Below the pieces are notes generated by a model that was given only the letters and a program-made list of their open reading frames with translations, had not been told where the DNA came from and ran no database searches. 64,000 nt of DNA from contig JBLNBA010000004.1 in assembly GCA_050259635.1 (NCBI GenBank), positions 203,005-267,004 on the forward strand. Direction: 5' to 3'. This document shows, one piece after another, positions 44,520 to 55,128 of this stretch. Each line of letters opens with the position of its first letter. The first letter of the stretch is position 1. Source of the stretch: Bacillota bacterium. Lineage in GTDB: Bacteria; Patescibacteriota; Patescibacteriia; Patescibacteriales; UBA12465. The position numbers and the translations under genes are program-made.

Positions 44520-45431
44520 TTACCATTGGCAATGATTGAGAGCCCAGGCCGCCAGTTCCTTGGCCTGGACAAAACGTTCATTCTTTCCGCCACCGCTATT
44601 TAAGACGGCGACGATGACGCTCCGCCCGCTCATGTCACGGAAACGTCCGACAAAGCAGTATCCGGCCTTATCCGTATATCCGGTCTTGCCCCCCACCGCC
44701 TGCAATCCGTTGCCGCCATCGCTTTCCAGGAGCCAATCGGTGGACTCGAGGATTTTCTCCCGGCCCTCGGTAGTGGCAAAACGGTATGAAGGCTTCCCGA
44801 CAGCAGCCGCGATATCCGACTTATCCAAAGCAGCTTTCGCCAATCTGGCCACATCTTTAACGGTGGAAAGATTATCATCGTTCAAGCCAATGGGGTCGAC
44901 GAAGGCTGTCTGCATCAGGCCGAGTTCTTTCGCCTTTCCGTTCATGGCGGCAATGAATTCTTCATCGGAAAGGCCAGTGGAACGAGCAAGCGCCAAAGTA
45001 GCACCGTTATCGGAAGCTACCAAGCTGGAGTTGAAGAGATCTTTCACGCTCACCGTATCCCCCACGAAAAGATTCACTTTCCCTCCCTCCACTAGATCCT
45101 GGCGTCCAATCGTATAGGCCTTATCCCAGCCGGGATTATGATCCAAAAAAACCAGGGCGGTCATGAGCTTGGTAATGCTCGCGATGGGCTGGCGCCTTAC
45201 CTCCTCCTTACTCTCGAGCCAGACATAGCCGTCATCGGTAAGGACGGCAACGCTCTTAGCCGCTACTTCAGGCGCAGGTATCGTTTCCTCCCGATCGGCA
45301 TTCTCGGGCAAACGGCTTACCTGGCAGGCTACTGTCCCTCGCCACGGTCCTCCGGCATACACCGCTGGGGCGGAAGTGGGTGAAAAAACCGATAAGACGA
45401 TCGCGATAAGGTTAGCAATGGCACCCATCAT
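44520..45431 (-). CDS. D-alanyl-D-alanine carboxypeptidase (S11 PBP, DacA-like)
   Basis: SITK (SxxK), SDN (SxN) and KTGYT (KTG) motifs occur in the correct order, with an N-terminal anchor. Confidence 0.8.
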   Translation of the reverse strand: MMGAIANLIAIVLSVFSPTSAPAVYAGGPWRGTVACQVSRLPENADREETIPAPEVAAKSVAVLTDDGYVWLESKEEVRRQPIASITKLMTALVFLDHNPGWDKAYTIGRQDLVEGGKVNLFVGDTVSVKDLFNSSLVASDNGATLALARSTGLSDEEFIAAMNGKAKELGLMQTAFVDPIGLNDDNLSTVKDVARLAKAALDKSDIAAAVGKPSYRFATTEGREKILESTDWLLESDGGNGLQAVGGKTGYTDKAGYCFVGRFRDMSGRSVIVAVLNSGGGKNERFVQAKELAAWALNHCQW

Positions 45432-45970
45432 GCCTTTTCCTCCTCCGTCAGCAGGGCGTCTACGACTTCCGGCTGATGCAGGCGCTCATAATCAGGCAGT
45501 TCCTCGACGCTTCCTAACCCCAGAAAACGCACGAAGTCCAAGGTCGCCTGATAATAATTTTCATTTTTCTGCTTATCAAACGTCTCTTCGATCAGTCCCC
45601 GAAGCAAAAGATTACGGATGATCAGGCTGCAGTTCACGCCCCGGATCCGCTCCAGCTCGATCTTAGAGACCGGACCGCGATAGGCGATGATGGTCAAGGC
45701 TTCCAGGCTCGGCTGGGTAAGTTCACCGGTAGCTTCGCTTTTTAAGAAATCCCGGACCATGGCGCTATGTTCGCCGGCCGAAACCAGCTGATAGCTATTA
45801 GCGGCCGTAATTATCCTTATCCCTCTCTCCTCATTTTCATAAGCTGCAGCCAGCTCATTTAAAGCCTGCTCGGCTTCGGCGTTTTTCACTCCCGCCGCCG
45901 AGGCGATCTCTTTCAAGCTAAGCGGCTTGGAGGTGACCAGCAATAGGGCTTCTATCTTAGATGTCAACAT
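45428..45970 (-). CDS. scpB: segregation and condensation protein B
   Basis: The N-terminus IEALLLVTSKPLSLKEIA and two wHTH-type halves are present, and it is adjacent to scpA. Confidence 0.85.
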   Translation of the reverse strand: MLTSKIEALLLVTSKPLSLKEIASAAGVKNAEAEQALNELAAAYENEERGIRIITAANSYQLVSAGEHSAMVRDFLKSEATGELTQPSLEALTIIAYRGPVSKIELERIRGVNCSLIIRNLLLRGLIEETFDKQKNENYYQATLDFVRFLGLGSVEELPDYERLHQPEVVDALLTEEEKA

Positions 45971-45982
45971 AAATGGTATAGA

Positions 45983-46699
45983 TTATAACTTCATGACACG
46001 AATCTCGCTAAATAATTCTTCCTGTTCAAAAACAAGTTCCCGCTGTTTGGCTAGTTCAAGAACGGCCAGGATATTCACAATCACCTCAACCTTGGTCTCA
46101 GCCCTCTCCAAAAAGCGCTGGAAGCTTATAGACAGCTGTTCGGCCAGCATGGTGCGGATATGAGCGATGCGCTCATCGATGCTCACCTTGGGCTCTAAAA
46201 CCGCTACCGGCAGCTTCTTCTCCTTCTTGGCCAAGCGCGTAAGGAGCTGGCGCCAAATCGTTTCCAGGTCGGAAGGGACGACCTTGTTCGGAGGGTTGAA
46301 AGACTGCTCCGGAACCGGCCCTCGCCGTCCGCCTTTCATAAACACCGGAGCGAACATCATCCGGTCCGAAGAGATGAGCCCGCTCACTTTCTGGCTGGCT
46401 TCGATAAACTGCTTATACATCCTTAGCTGCCGTTCCAGGTCCCCCAGCTCTGCCTCTTCCTCGGCATCCGACAGATACGGCAGCAGTGCCTTGGACTTGA
46501 TATACAGCAAGCGGGCGGCAATAACAAGAAAATCCGCAATCTCTTCCGGATCGATATTTTCCGCTGCCTCGACGTAAGCTACATACTGATCGGCGATATG
46601 GGCGAGAGCGATCTCGGTAATATCCATTTCCTCGCTTTCGATCAGCTGCAGCAGCAAGCCCAACGGACCTTGGAATTTTTCCGTATTGAAATCAATCAT
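45983..46699 (-). CDS. scpA: segregation and condensation protein A (kleisin)
   Basis: FQGPLGLLLQLIESEEMDITEIALAHIADQY is the typical ScpA N-terminus. Confidence 0.85.
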   Translation of the reverse strand: MIDFNTEKFQGPLGLLLQLIESEEMDITEIALAHIADQYVAYVEAAENIDPEEIADFLVIAARLLYIKSKALLPYLSDAEEEAELGDLERQLRMYKQFIEASQKVSGLISSDRMMFAPVFMKGGRRGPVPEQSFNPPNKVVPSDLETIWRQLLTRLAKKEKKLPVAVLEPKVSIDERIAHIRTMLAEQLSISFQRFLERAETKVEVIVNILAVLELAKQRELVFEQEELFSEIRVMKL

Positions 46700-46700
46700 A

Positions 46701-47639
46701 TCAGTCTACCGGATTGACCGGTATGGCTTTCGTACTCGCATCCTTGGAATCATCCTTCCCCCAGAGCATTCCCGGGATGCAGTTGAAACCAGCGCCATGA
46801 ACCTTGTTTCCTGGTGCATACGGGCGGCTATTATCCGTTTGCTCATCGCTTCCCACCCGGAAAGTGGCACAGAAAGAAAACTTCTCCTCTCCCTCCTTGC
46901 GATATACTATTGCCTCTCCGGTTTCAGGATCCTTTTGGGCACTGGGGTCAAAATATATGTCAGGGGTCGCTTTGATCTCATCCAGGCTTTCCGGCAAGCG
47001 CCCATACTGGGTGTAATATGAATTGACGGAATTTTCCAATTGATAGATGTAATTCATCACGATCTGGTCCAGCCTCTTAGCCCGAGCCAGTTTGGGGGAC
47101 TCCACAAAAAACCAAGCAGACACGAATACCGCCAAAACTAAAGCGGCGGCGATCCAGCCAAAAAGACGCAACACTCGATCCTTCTTGGCCGAGGTGCGTT
47201 TCATGTCATAGAAATAGTAGGAAAAGACAGCGGCCGCCATGATTAGCATGCTTGCCGCCTTGAGAATGAAACGAGTAGTGAGCTCTCCGGAAAGGAAATT
47301 ATTGATAACGGTCACGAATACCCCCAGGATAATGACCGAAGCCACTAGGATGATGAAATAAGTGAGCCAGCGTCGTAGGGGCGATTCAAGCTCGAGCTCG
47401 TCTTTCCGCAATCCCAGATTGATAAGACGGGTGAGATAGAAATATATCGGTCCGGCGATAAACAAGGCGGAAATCGCGAACTTAAGCTGGCGGTCCACCG
47501 ATCCATAGAGGTTAACGGCATCCACCACCGTGTGGTCGATAATCCCGAAAATTATCATCTGAACCGAAAGCGCGGTAAAAATCAAGGCCGCCAAGGACAG
47601 AAGATAATAGAAAGCATACTTAGCGTTGTGATTTTTCAT
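46701..47639 (-). CDS. DUF5671-like membrane protein with a pilin-like C-terminal globular domain
   Basis: The N-terminus has 5-6 TM helices (AKYAFYYLLSLAAL...). After the last TM the segment LDQIVMNYIYQLENSVNSYYTQYGRLPESLDEI...YFDPSAQKDPETGEAIVY...FSFCATF resembles pseudopilin/type IV pilin-like domains. Confidence 0.5.
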   Translation of the reverse strand: MKNHNAKYAFYYLLSLAALIFTALSVQMIIFGIIDHTVVDAVNLYGSVDRQLKFAISALFIAGPIYFYLTRLINLGLRKDELELESPLRRWLTYFIILVASVIILGVFVTVINNFLSGELTTRFILKAASMLIMAAAVFSYYFYDMKRTSAKKDRVLRLFGWIAAALVLAVFVSAWFFVESPKLARAKRLDQIVMNYIYQLENSVNSYYTQYGRLPESLDEIKATPDIYFDPSAQKDPETGEAIVYRKEGEEKFSFCATFRVGSDEQTDNSRPYAPGNKVHGAGFNCIPGMLWGKDDSKDASTKAIPVNPVD

Positions 47640-47653
47640 ATGATTATTCTAAT

Positions 47654-49039
47654 TTAAAATTTGGCGTTCTTCGGCGTTCGCGGGAAAGGGATCACATCCC
47701 GGATATTGGCCATACCGGAAAGATACATGATGGCTCTCTCAAAGCCCAGGCCGAATCCGGCATGAGGCACGGAACCATACTGCCTGAGATCAAGATACCA
47801 GCGATAATCTTCCGTATTCATGCCCAAATCACCGATGCGCTTCTCTAGGAGCTCATAGCGCTCTTCCCTTTGGCTCCCGCCGATGATTTCACCGATGCCG
47901 GGCACGAGAAGGTCCATGGCGGCTACGGTCTTCCCATCATCGTTCTGGCGCATATAGAAAGCCTTGATCTCTTTGGGGTAATCGGTTAAAAACATCGGTT
48001 TCCCGAAGATCTTCTCGGCTAAATAGCGTTCATGTTCCGTTTGCAGATCTATTCCCCAGCTGACAGGATAGGTAAACTTTTCGCCGCTCTTCTGTAAAAG
48101 CTCGATGGCTTCCGTATAAGTTACCCGGCCAAAATCGGCCGCCGCCACCGCCTTGAGCCGGTCAATGAGGCCGTTATCAATATACTGGTTAAAGAACTCC
48201 ATTTCCTCCGGAAGATTTTCCAAAATATAGTTGATCAAATATTTGAGCATGCGCTCAGCGAGATCCATATCGTCCTTCAGTGCGGCAAAAGCCATTTCCG
48301 GCTCCACCATCCAGAACTCGGAAGCATGGCGGGTGGTATTAGAATTCTCTGCTCGGAAAGTCGGGCCGAAGGTATAGACCTTACCTAACCCCATGACTAA
48401 AGCTTCCGCATTAAGCTGGCCGCTCACGGTCAGGCCGGCCTTCTGGCCAAAGAAGTCCTTACTAAAATCAACGCCATCCTTGTCTTGAGGAATCTTGGCG
48501 AGATCAAGCGTGGTTACCTGGAACATTTCGCCGGCACCTTCCGCGTCACTGGTAGAGATAACCGGAGTATGGACATAAGCAAAGCCCTCTTCCTGGAAGA
48601 ATTTATGGATAGCAAAACTCAAAGCCGAACGCAACCGGAAAACGGCCGAAAAAGTATTACTTCTCGGGCGCAAGTGGGCGATCTCTCGCAAAAACTCAAA
48701 GCTATGGCGCTTCTTCTGCAAAGGATAATCCCCGGCCGCTTCATTGATTACCGCCACCTTCCCCGCCTTAAGCTCAAAAGGTTGGCCGGCCGCCGGCGAT
48801 GGCATTAGTGTCCCCGCCACTTGGACAGAAGACCCGATGTTGAGTTTCTCCAAGCTCTCGAAATTATCCAGCCCTTTGTCGATCACAACCTGCAAGCTTT
48901 TGAAGAAACTGCCGTCGTTTATCTCGATAAAGGCCACATCCCCGGATGAACGGATGGTGCGGACCCAGCCGCAAATCTCAAGGGGCTGTTCTAGATGGGC
49001 TTCCGCTTCGCGGAAAATTGTTCTTATCTCTGTACGCAT
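47654..49039 (-). CDS. asnS: asparaginyl-tRNA synthetase
   Basis: Class IIb enzyme: [32 protein letters not shown] and C-terminal GFGLGFERA. Confidence 0.9.
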   Translation of the reverse strand: MRTEIRTIFREAEAHLEQPLEICGWVRTIRSSGDVAFIEINDGSFFKSLQVVIDKGLDNFESLEKLNIGSSVQVAGTLMPSPAAGQPFELKAGKVAVINEAAGDYPLQKKRHSFEFLREIAHLRPRSNTFSAVFRLRSALSFAIHKFFQEEGFAYVHTPVISTSDAEGAGEMFQVTTLDLAKIPQDKDGVDFSKDFFGQKAGLTVSGQLNAEALVMGLGKVYTFGPTFRAENSNTTRHASEFWMVEPEMAFAALKDDMDLAERMLKYLINYILENLPEEMEFFNQYIDNGLIDRLKAVAAADFGRVTYTEAIELLQKSGEKFTYPVSWGIDLQTEHERYLAEKIFGKPMFLTDYPKEIKAFYMRQNDDGKTVAAMDLLVPGIGEIIGGSQREERYELLEKRIGDLGMNTEDYRWYLDLRQYGSVPHAGFGLGFERAIMYLSGMANIRDVIPFPRTPKNAKF

Positions 49040-49049
49040 ATTTATTGGA

Positions 49050-50351
49050 TTATGGCCTTAGGCGCTTAACATCACGGGGCAGGAAACAGATTTCCTTGAT
49101 GTTGTCCGCACCGACGATCTTCATAATCAATCTAGCCGGACCGATACCGACGCCACCGTGAGGCGGACAGCCATAGCGGAAAAAGTTGAGATAGTCTTCC
49201 AATTCTTCCAAGCTCATCCCCTTCTCCAAAGCTTGCTGCTTGAGGATATCTAGACGATGTTCACGCTGAGCACCGGTAGTTACCTCGACACCCCGATACA
49301 GGAGATCGAAACTCTTGGTAAGCCCGGTCTTCTCGTCACGCATGTGATAAAAAGCCCGCGTCTCGGCCGGATAATCCGTTATAAAGACAAAATCATGGTT
49401 CAGTTCTTCCTTAACCAAGCGGCAAATCTCCCGCTCTTCCTCGGGAGAAAGGTCGCCGTCCTTCTCGCTCTTGATCCCGGCGATCTTCAACTTCTCTTTA
49501 GCCTCGGCTAATGACATCCGAGGAAAGGGAGAAACAGGGGTGAAAATGTCCAGTCCCAAGCCCTCCAGGTTTTGGAAGGCGGATACTAACGCCCGCTCTT
49601 CCTGAACCATAATCTCTTCATGTGAGTCGATATAAGCGAATTCAAAATCCCAGCCAGTAAATTCGGTCACATGCCGGCTAGTAAAGGAGGCTTCAGCGCG
49701 GAAGACCGGCCCCGTCATGAACACGCGCTCGAAACCGGAAGCGATCGCCATCTGCTTAAAAAACTGCGGCGATTGGGAGAGGTAGGCTTTACGATCAAAA
49801 TATTTCACCTCAAAGACCTCGGCTCCCGTTTCGCTTGCCGTATTCATAAAACAAGGAGTATAAAGCTGCATGAAGCCATCGGCTAAGAGTTGGCGGCGGA
49901 AACCTTCCTCGAACCGAGTCCAAATCTCAAATATGCGGCGATGTTCCGGGCGGCGAAGATCGAGCCAGCGCCAGTCCAGACGGTTCTCCAGATTAGCCTC
50001 GTTATCTACCTTGTTCATCACCGGAATCGGCAAAGCGGCGTCGGCCAAGCTGAGGATTTCCAAGCCGGAAACCAATAATTCATAATCCTGGATAGGATTG
50101 GGATCATTCTTCTTGGCCGGCTTCTCTTTTAGTTCCCCGGTAACTTTAATGACGCTTTCGAGAGTCAGCTTTTCCGCTTGTTGGAAGGAATCCCCTTTGA
50201 CCTCTTCCACAACCAACTGCATGTTACCGCTCATATCCCGCAGATCGATAAAGGCCAATCCTTTCATCAGACGCAAATTCTGGACGAAACCGGCGATTTC
50301 GACGCTTCCCTCCTTTTTGGCTTTGGCATCGGCGATACTGACTCTTGACAT
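49050..50351 (-). CDS. aspS: aspartyl-tRNA synthetase, short archaeal/eukaryal type
   Basis: 433 aa (no bacterial GAD insertion), with [28 protein letters not shown] and [10 protein letters not shown]. Confidence 0.85.
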   Translation of the reverse strand: MSRVSIADAKAKKEGSVEIAGFVQNLRLMKGLAFIDLRDMSGNMQLVVEEVKGDSFQQAEKLTLESVIKVTGELKEKPAKKNDPNPIQDYELLVSGLEILSLADAALPIPVMNKVDNEANLENRLDWRWLDLRRPEHRRIFEIWTRFEEGFRRQLLADGFMQLYTPCFMNTASETGAEVFEVKYFDRKAYLSQSPQFFKQMAIASGFERVFMTGPVFRAEASFTSRHVTEFTGWDFEFAYIDSHEEIMVQEERALVSAFQNLEGLGLDIFTPVSPFPRMSLAEAKEKLKIAGIKSEKDGDLSPEEEREICRLVKEELNHDFVFITDYPAETRAFYHMRDEKTGLTKSFDLLYRGVEVTTGAQREHRLDILKQQALEKGMSLEELEDYLNFFRYGCPPHGGVGIGPARLIMKIVGADNIKEICFLPRDVKRLRP

Positions 50352-50485
50352 AATATAAATATTTAATTAGAAAAATCGCTCACCTCTTAAGCTTTTTCAC
50401 CTACTATCTTATCTCATTTCACTGGGTTTAGCAAGAAAGAAATCGCGCCTTAAAGCGCGATTCTTAGAAGAAAATCCATATTTTT

Positions 50486-51229
50486 CTATGATTGCTGCCA
50501 GCAGACAAGCCGGGAATTCAAGTTCTCCCACTCCCTGATCAGCTTGAGCGGAAACTTGAGCGGCTTGGCATTCGGTTCCCCGCCAACAACCCTCAGCAGC
50601 TTGATCAAATTATCGGATATAGGAAGGACGGATCCATTTAAGGGTTCTTTAGAAGCGCATTCCGGACAGACAAGCCCTCCTCTAGATAGATCAAAACGGT
50701 TTTTGCCGGCCTCCGGAATCCTCCCGCAAACGGCACAACGGTCCAAAATCGGTCCATAGCCGGATAGCACCAAAAGGCGCCAGCTAAACAAAGCCAGACG
50801 GAAGCGCCCGTCTTCTTTGGGAAGCTCTTTCGTCCCTCCGGCCTCATCCAGGTTGTCCAGCCATTTCTCCAACCAGGAGAAAAGGGCGGGGTCAGACTCT
50901 TCTTCCCGGACAAGGCTGCAGAACAAAGACAAGGCCTTCCCGGAGAAATATAGCTTATTCAAATCCTGCTTGATGCCCAAATAGGGCTTTTCCATAAGTG
51001 CCGCTCCTACATAATCCCGGCCTTTGCCCTTCACCACCAAGAGACGGCTCAGGCTCAGAGGCTCCAGATGCGCCGCTAATTTGGACCCCAGCTTGCGCGC
51101 TCCGCGGACCACAAGGTCAAGCCGGCCATGATCGGGCGTGTAAACAGAAACGAGGCGGTCAGCCTCGCGCCAGTCGCGTCGATTTAGAATTATCGCCCTA
51201 GTGGGATAAGTAGACTCCATATCATTCAA
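50486..51229 (-). CDS. recO: DNA repair protein RecO
   Basis: OB-fold N-terminus (RAIILNRRDWREADRLVSVYT) and the zinc motif CAVCG...CPEC. Confidence 0.8.
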   Translation of the reverse strand: MNDMESTYPTRAIILNRRDWREADRLVSVYTPDHGRLDLVVRGARKLGSKLAAHLEPLSLSRLLVVKGKGRDYVGAALMEKPYLGIKQDLNKLYFSGKALSLFCSLVREEESDPALFSWLEKWLDNLDEAGGTKELPKEDGRFRLALFSWRLLVLSGYGPILDRCAVCGRIPEAGKNRFDLSRGGLVCPECASKEPLNGSVLPISDNLIKLLRVVGGEPNAKPLKFPLKLIREWENLNSRLVCWQQS

Positions 51230-51614
51230 AGAGATCCAAGTAATCCTGCAGCAAAAGGGCGGCCGCTACCTCGTCCCGCCCCGCCTTATCGCCCTTTTCA
51301 CCAGGCAGGGCATCCGCCGCCTTGCTGCTCAGGCGTTCGTCGGTCTCAACCACCGGTACCGGCGATTCGGTTTTTAGCTTTTCCAAGAAAGACAAATAAA
51401 GGGGGTTAGAAGCTTCCTGTCCTCCCAGCTTGCGCGGCGACCCTATTATCACTAGTCCCACATTCTCCTGGCGGATTACTTCTAAAACCGACTTAAGATC
51501 TGGTACGGTTTTGAAAGGCAGCGCCATCCTCGTTTCCATATCAGCCAAAGCTAAGCCGATCCTCTTCTCCCCCCAATCCACTCCCAGATATTGTTGTCCT
51601 TCTTCTATGTCCAT
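51222..51614 (-). CDS. ruvX: putative pre-16S rRNA nuclease / Holliday junction resolvase-like YqgF (RuvX)
   Basis: YLGVDWGEKRIGLALAD is the YqgF N-terminal motif. The start at MDIEEG lies 1 nt after the map stop. Confidence 0.8.
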   Translation of the reverse strand: MDIEEGQQYLGVDWGEKRIGLALADMETRMALPFKTVPDLKSVLEVIRQENVGLVIIGSPRKLGGQEASNPLYLSFLEKLKTESPVPVVETDERLSSKAADALPGEKGDKAGRDEVAAALLLQDYLDLFE

Positions 51615-51615
51615 A

Positions 51616-52449
51616 TCATTCAACCGTAAGTACTTTGTGGCCATTATCGGTAACGGCGATCGTGTGCTCAAAATGAGCGCTTAGGGAATGGTCCGCACTA
51701 AGGATGGTGTAGCCATTATCAGCTACAGTAATCCTATGCGTTCCGGCATTAATCATGGGTTCGATACAGATAACCATCCCCGGCTCCAGCATGACATTAG
51801 CGGAAGAACGGGGATTTATCCGGTAATGAAAAACATCCGGATCTTCATGGGCGTAATACCCCACGCCATGCCCAACCATATCACGGACAACGCCATAACC
51901 GGCGCCTTCCGCGATCTTCTGGACCGCCTCCCCGATATCATTCAGGCGCGCACCGGGACGGACCTTCTTTATTCCCTCCTCAAGACAGCGGCGGGTAACC
52001 TCAATGAGTTTCTTGGCTTCCGCGCTCACTTCCCCCACGGCCACGGTGGCGCACATATCGGTATAAAAGCCTCCGGCCGGAGAATTCAGGTTAGAAGGTA
52101 AGCCGAGTTCTTGGCGCAACTCGGGCAATACCGGCCATTCCATGCCAATGTCGAGGTCGATGACATCCCCCTCTTCCAGGATTCTCCCCGGTATGGCGGC
52201 GCCATGAACTACCTCCTCGTTAATCGAAGCGCAAAGCGCCGAAGGAAAATAAACGCCGTCGCCCATGGGATAGTCCTTAAAAGACGGCCTGCCTCCCGCT
52301 TCCGTTATCAACTGGACGAGGACCGCTTCCAGCTCCGCCGTATCCTTACCCGGACGAACCTCTCCGATCAGACGACGCAAAATCCGGGCGAGGATCTTTC
52401 CCCCCGCCCGTATCGCCGATATTTCTTCTTTGGATTTGATATAAACCAT
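51616..52449 (-). CDS. map: methionine aminopeptidase type I
   Basis: KSKEEISAIRAGGKILA, DVIDLDIG, GHGVG and FEHT motifs are present. The start is taken at MVYIKS. Confidence 0.9.
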   Translation of the reverse strand: MVYIKSKEEISAIRAGGKILARILRRLIGEVRPGKDTAELEAVLVQLITEAGGRPSFKDYPMGDGVYFPSALCASINEEVVHGAAIPGRILEEGDVIDLDIGMEWPVLPELRQELGLPSNLNSPAGGFYTDMCATVAVGEVSAEAKKLIEVTRRCLEEGIKKVRPGARLNDIGEAVQKIAEGAGYGVVRDMVGHGVGYYAHEDPDVFHYRINPRSSANVMLEPGMVICIEPMINAGTHRITVADNGYTILSADHSLSAHFEHTIAVTDNGHKVLTVE

Positions 52450-52453
52450 AAGT

Positions 52454-53395
52454 TCAAGCGGCCGCAATCTTTACTCCCTCATGTTTGACATGCTTTCGCG
52501 CACGGATGGAAAGGAATAAGAAAACCCCCAAGAGAACGGCGGTATTCACCGGAGCCACCCAGAAAGGATATTCCTGACCGAAACTCTCGGCAATCATCAA
52601 GGCACCCAGCATGCCGATAGAATACATCGCTCCGTTCTTAAGATAAGCGAAATTAGAAATGAAATTCATGCCCTTAATAGTAAATTCGCGGACGATGAAA
52701 GCCCCTAGGCCGTTACCGAGGATGATGAGCGGAACGCTCATCGTGAAAGCGAAGGCCCCGATCACGCCGTCGATCGAGAAGGAAGCATCCAAAGCCTCGA
52801 GATACAGGATCTTGCTCCAAGCCCCCATCGACGGATTCATCAGCTCTTTCTCTTTCTCCTCCGCATTCTTCTTGAAGCCGTCCGTGATAAAGAAAGCAGA
52901 CACTCCGATCGTTGCCGCTAACGCAAGCATCGGATCGCGCTGCAGCGCCAGATAGATGATGAGAGTGGTAAAGATGGAGCTAAAGGCATAGAACCAAGCT
53001 CCTTGGCGATGGATGAAGCCTTCGACAAAGAAAGCATACTTTTTTTCCTCCATAAAAAGCCAAGCCAGGAAAACGAAGAAAAGATAGACGCCGCCGCCTA
53101 GAAGCAGCAAGGGCTTGGAGGCCTCGAGGTAGGCTGCCACTTCTCCGTTTCCCGAGAAAGCGGCTCCGATCACCTCCCCGATGGAAAGCTGAGGGGCAGC
53201 AATCCAGATGATCGCAAAAGGCAGGACTCCACGGACGACGAAGACGGCGAAAAAGATCCCCCAAAACAGGAAAATCTTCTGATACCGTTTAGGCATCGTC
53301 TTCAAGATATTGGCGTTAACGATAGCGTTATCGACGCTCGAGATGATCTCAAACAGGCAAAGCCCGAGGAGAATGACGACTGCATTCCAGAACAT
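52454..53395 (-). CDS. DUF475 (TerC-related) integral membrane protein
   Basis: EIISSVDNAIVNA and a second ..LDASFSIDGVIGAFA.. half-repeat are typical of DUF475. Confidence 0.65.
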   Translation of the reverse strand: MFWNAVVILLGLCLFEIISSVDNAIVNANILKTMPKRYQKIFLFWGIFFAVFVVRGVLPFAIIWIAAPQLSIGEVIGAAFSGNGEVAAYLEASKPLLLLGGGVYLFFVFLAWLFMEEKKYAFFVEGFIHRQGAWFYAFSSIFTTLIIYLALQRDPMLALAATIGVSAFFITDGFKKNAEEKEKELMNPSMGAWSKILYLEALDASFSIDGVIGAFAFTMSVPLIILGNGLGAFIVREFTIKGMNFISNFAYLKNGAMYSIGMLGALMIAESFGQEYPFWVAPVNTAVLLGVFLFLSIRARKHVKHEGVKIAAA

Positions 53396-53433
53396 ATTTG
53401 AAATTACGGTCGGGCATCAGCCCTCCCTTATTA

Positions 53434-53733
53434 TTAATCGCGCTTGAAGCTTTCCGCTATCGCCCTGATATGCTTAAGGTCATTTAAAGTCAGCCCCTTT
53501 TCCAGGCGTTCCTGATGGAGGCGATACAGATCACGGTCGATAACCAGCTGGGATAGCCCGATACCCTTCCGGATCTTTTCTCGATATTTCTTTACCAATT
53601 CCAAAACCAGTTCACGGTTGCCCTCGTCGAGATTCTGGAAGTGGTAATTCTTGCGCACCAGCTCGTTGAGCTTGCGCTCGATGATATAGGAAGGCTCATC
53701 ATTTATGCCCTCCATAAAGTCTTTCAAGTCCAT
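53434..53733 (-). CDS. hypothetical protein (99 aa, helical, charged)
   Basis: ORF between secY and the DUF475 gene. No motif recognised. Confidence 0.45.
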   Translation of the reverse strand: MDLKDFMEGINDEPSYIIERKLNELVRKNYHFQNLDEGNRELVLELVKKYREKIRKGIGLSQLVIDRDLYRLHQERLEKGLTLNDLKHIRAIAESFKRD

Positions 53734-53816
53734 AGTATCGTATTTGTTCCCATTATAGCAGAAAAAAATGCAGCTGTCGCTACATTTTTTTGGCTGAGTA
53801 TTTGATTAAGAGGCGT

Positions 53817-55088
53817 CTAGAGTCCGTCATATTCCCGCATCGTCAGCTGGGACTGGACCTGCTTTACCGTCTCGATCACCACCGATACGACGATAAGCAA
53901 GCTGGTGCCGCCGATAGCGAGGGCCTGGATGCCGGTAAAATATCTCATGAGGAGCGGCAAAATAGCGATTACACCCAAAAAGAGGGCCCCGGAAAAGATA
54001 ATCCGGTGAGTCGTGAAAGAGAGATAATCAGCCGTCGGTTTTCCCGGGCGGATGCCGGGGATAAAGCCGCCTTGCTTCTGCAAGTTTTCAGCAATACGAT
54101 CCGGATGGAAGACAACCTCGGTATAGAAATAAGTAAAGGCGAAAACGAAAATGAAATAGACGATGCCGTAGAATAGCTGATTATTGAACAGCGCTATCAC
54201 CTGGGAAGCAAGGGATGCAATCCAAGCAGTCCGGGCATGAAGGAAAAACTGGGCGATCATCGGAGGAAACAAGACCAAGGAGATAGCGAAGATGATCGGA
54301 ATGACGCCGGCCATATTAACGCGCAAGGGCAAGTGGGTGCTAGACCCCCCGAACGTCCGATTGCCGCGGATCTGACGAGCATACTGAACCGGGACATTAC
54401 GCTGGCCCTCATTGATAATTACGACACCGACAATGGTCAGGATAGCAACCAGGATGAAACCGATAAGCGTAAAGAGCTGGGTCTGATCGAAAGAAACGAT
54501 CGCCTGCTGGACCTGCATCGGCAAAGAAGCGACGATCCCGGCGAAAATCAAAAGCGAAATGCCGTTTCCGATCTTCTTCTCGGTTATAAGCTCACCGATC
54601 CACATCAGGAAGATGGAGCCGGCGGTAACGGTGATTATAATAGAGGCAAAATCAAAAGTGCTGACATTTCCCAAGATTCCTTGGCTGGAGCGCTGGAGCA
54701 AAGTGATCATGCCGTAGGCCTGCATGGCCGCCAAAGGGACGGTAGCCCAGCGGGTCCACCTATTGATCTTCTGCCTGCCGGATTCGTCCTTCTGCATTTC
54801 TTCCATCTTCGGAGAGATCATCCCTAAGAGCTGGAAGAAAATGGAGGCCGTGATATAGGGTCCGATACCCATCAGAACGATGGAAAAATTCTCCATGCCG
54901 CCGCCGGAAAAGACATTGAGCAGGCCGAGGACTTGGTTAGAAGCGAATAAGTTCTTCAGGGCGACAGGGTCGACTCCCGGGATCGGGATATGGGCAGCGA
55001 GACGGAAGATAACTAACATCCCTAATACGAACAGTACGCTATTGCGCAGATCTTTCGCCTTCCAGATTTGTTGCAGTTTTTCCAACAT
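53817..55088 (-). CDS. secY: preprotein translocase subunit SecY
   Basis: 423 aa with 10 TM helices. The SecY signature regions are present and it sits after rplO. Confidence 0.95.
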   Translation of the reverse strand: MLEKLQQIWKAKDLRNSVLFVLGMLVIFRLAAHIPIPGVDPVALKNLFASNQVLGLLNVFSGGGMENFSIVLMGIGPYITASIFFQLLGMISPKMEEMQKDESGRQKINRWTRWATVPLAAMQAYGMITLLQRSSQGILGNVSTFDFASIIITVTAGSIFLMWIGELITEKKIGNGISLLIFAGIVASLPMQVQQAIVSFDQTQLFTLIGFILVAILTIVGVVIINEGQRNVPVQYARQIRGNRTFGGSSTHLPLRVNMAGVIPIIFAISLVLFPPMIAQFFLHARTAWIASLASQVIALFNNQLFYGIVYFIFVFAFTYFYTEVVFHPDRIAENLQKQGGFIPGIRPGKPTADYLSFTTHRIIFSGALFLGVIAILPLLMRYFTGIQALAIGGTSLLIVVSVVIETVKQVQSQLTMREYDGL

Positions 55089-55128
55089 AGAAGCTAGATG
55101 ATTTAAAAATAGGCAAAAGCCAAATATC

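Noticed and set aside
54237-54827. 196-aa plus-strand ORF.
   Set aside because: It is antisense to secY.
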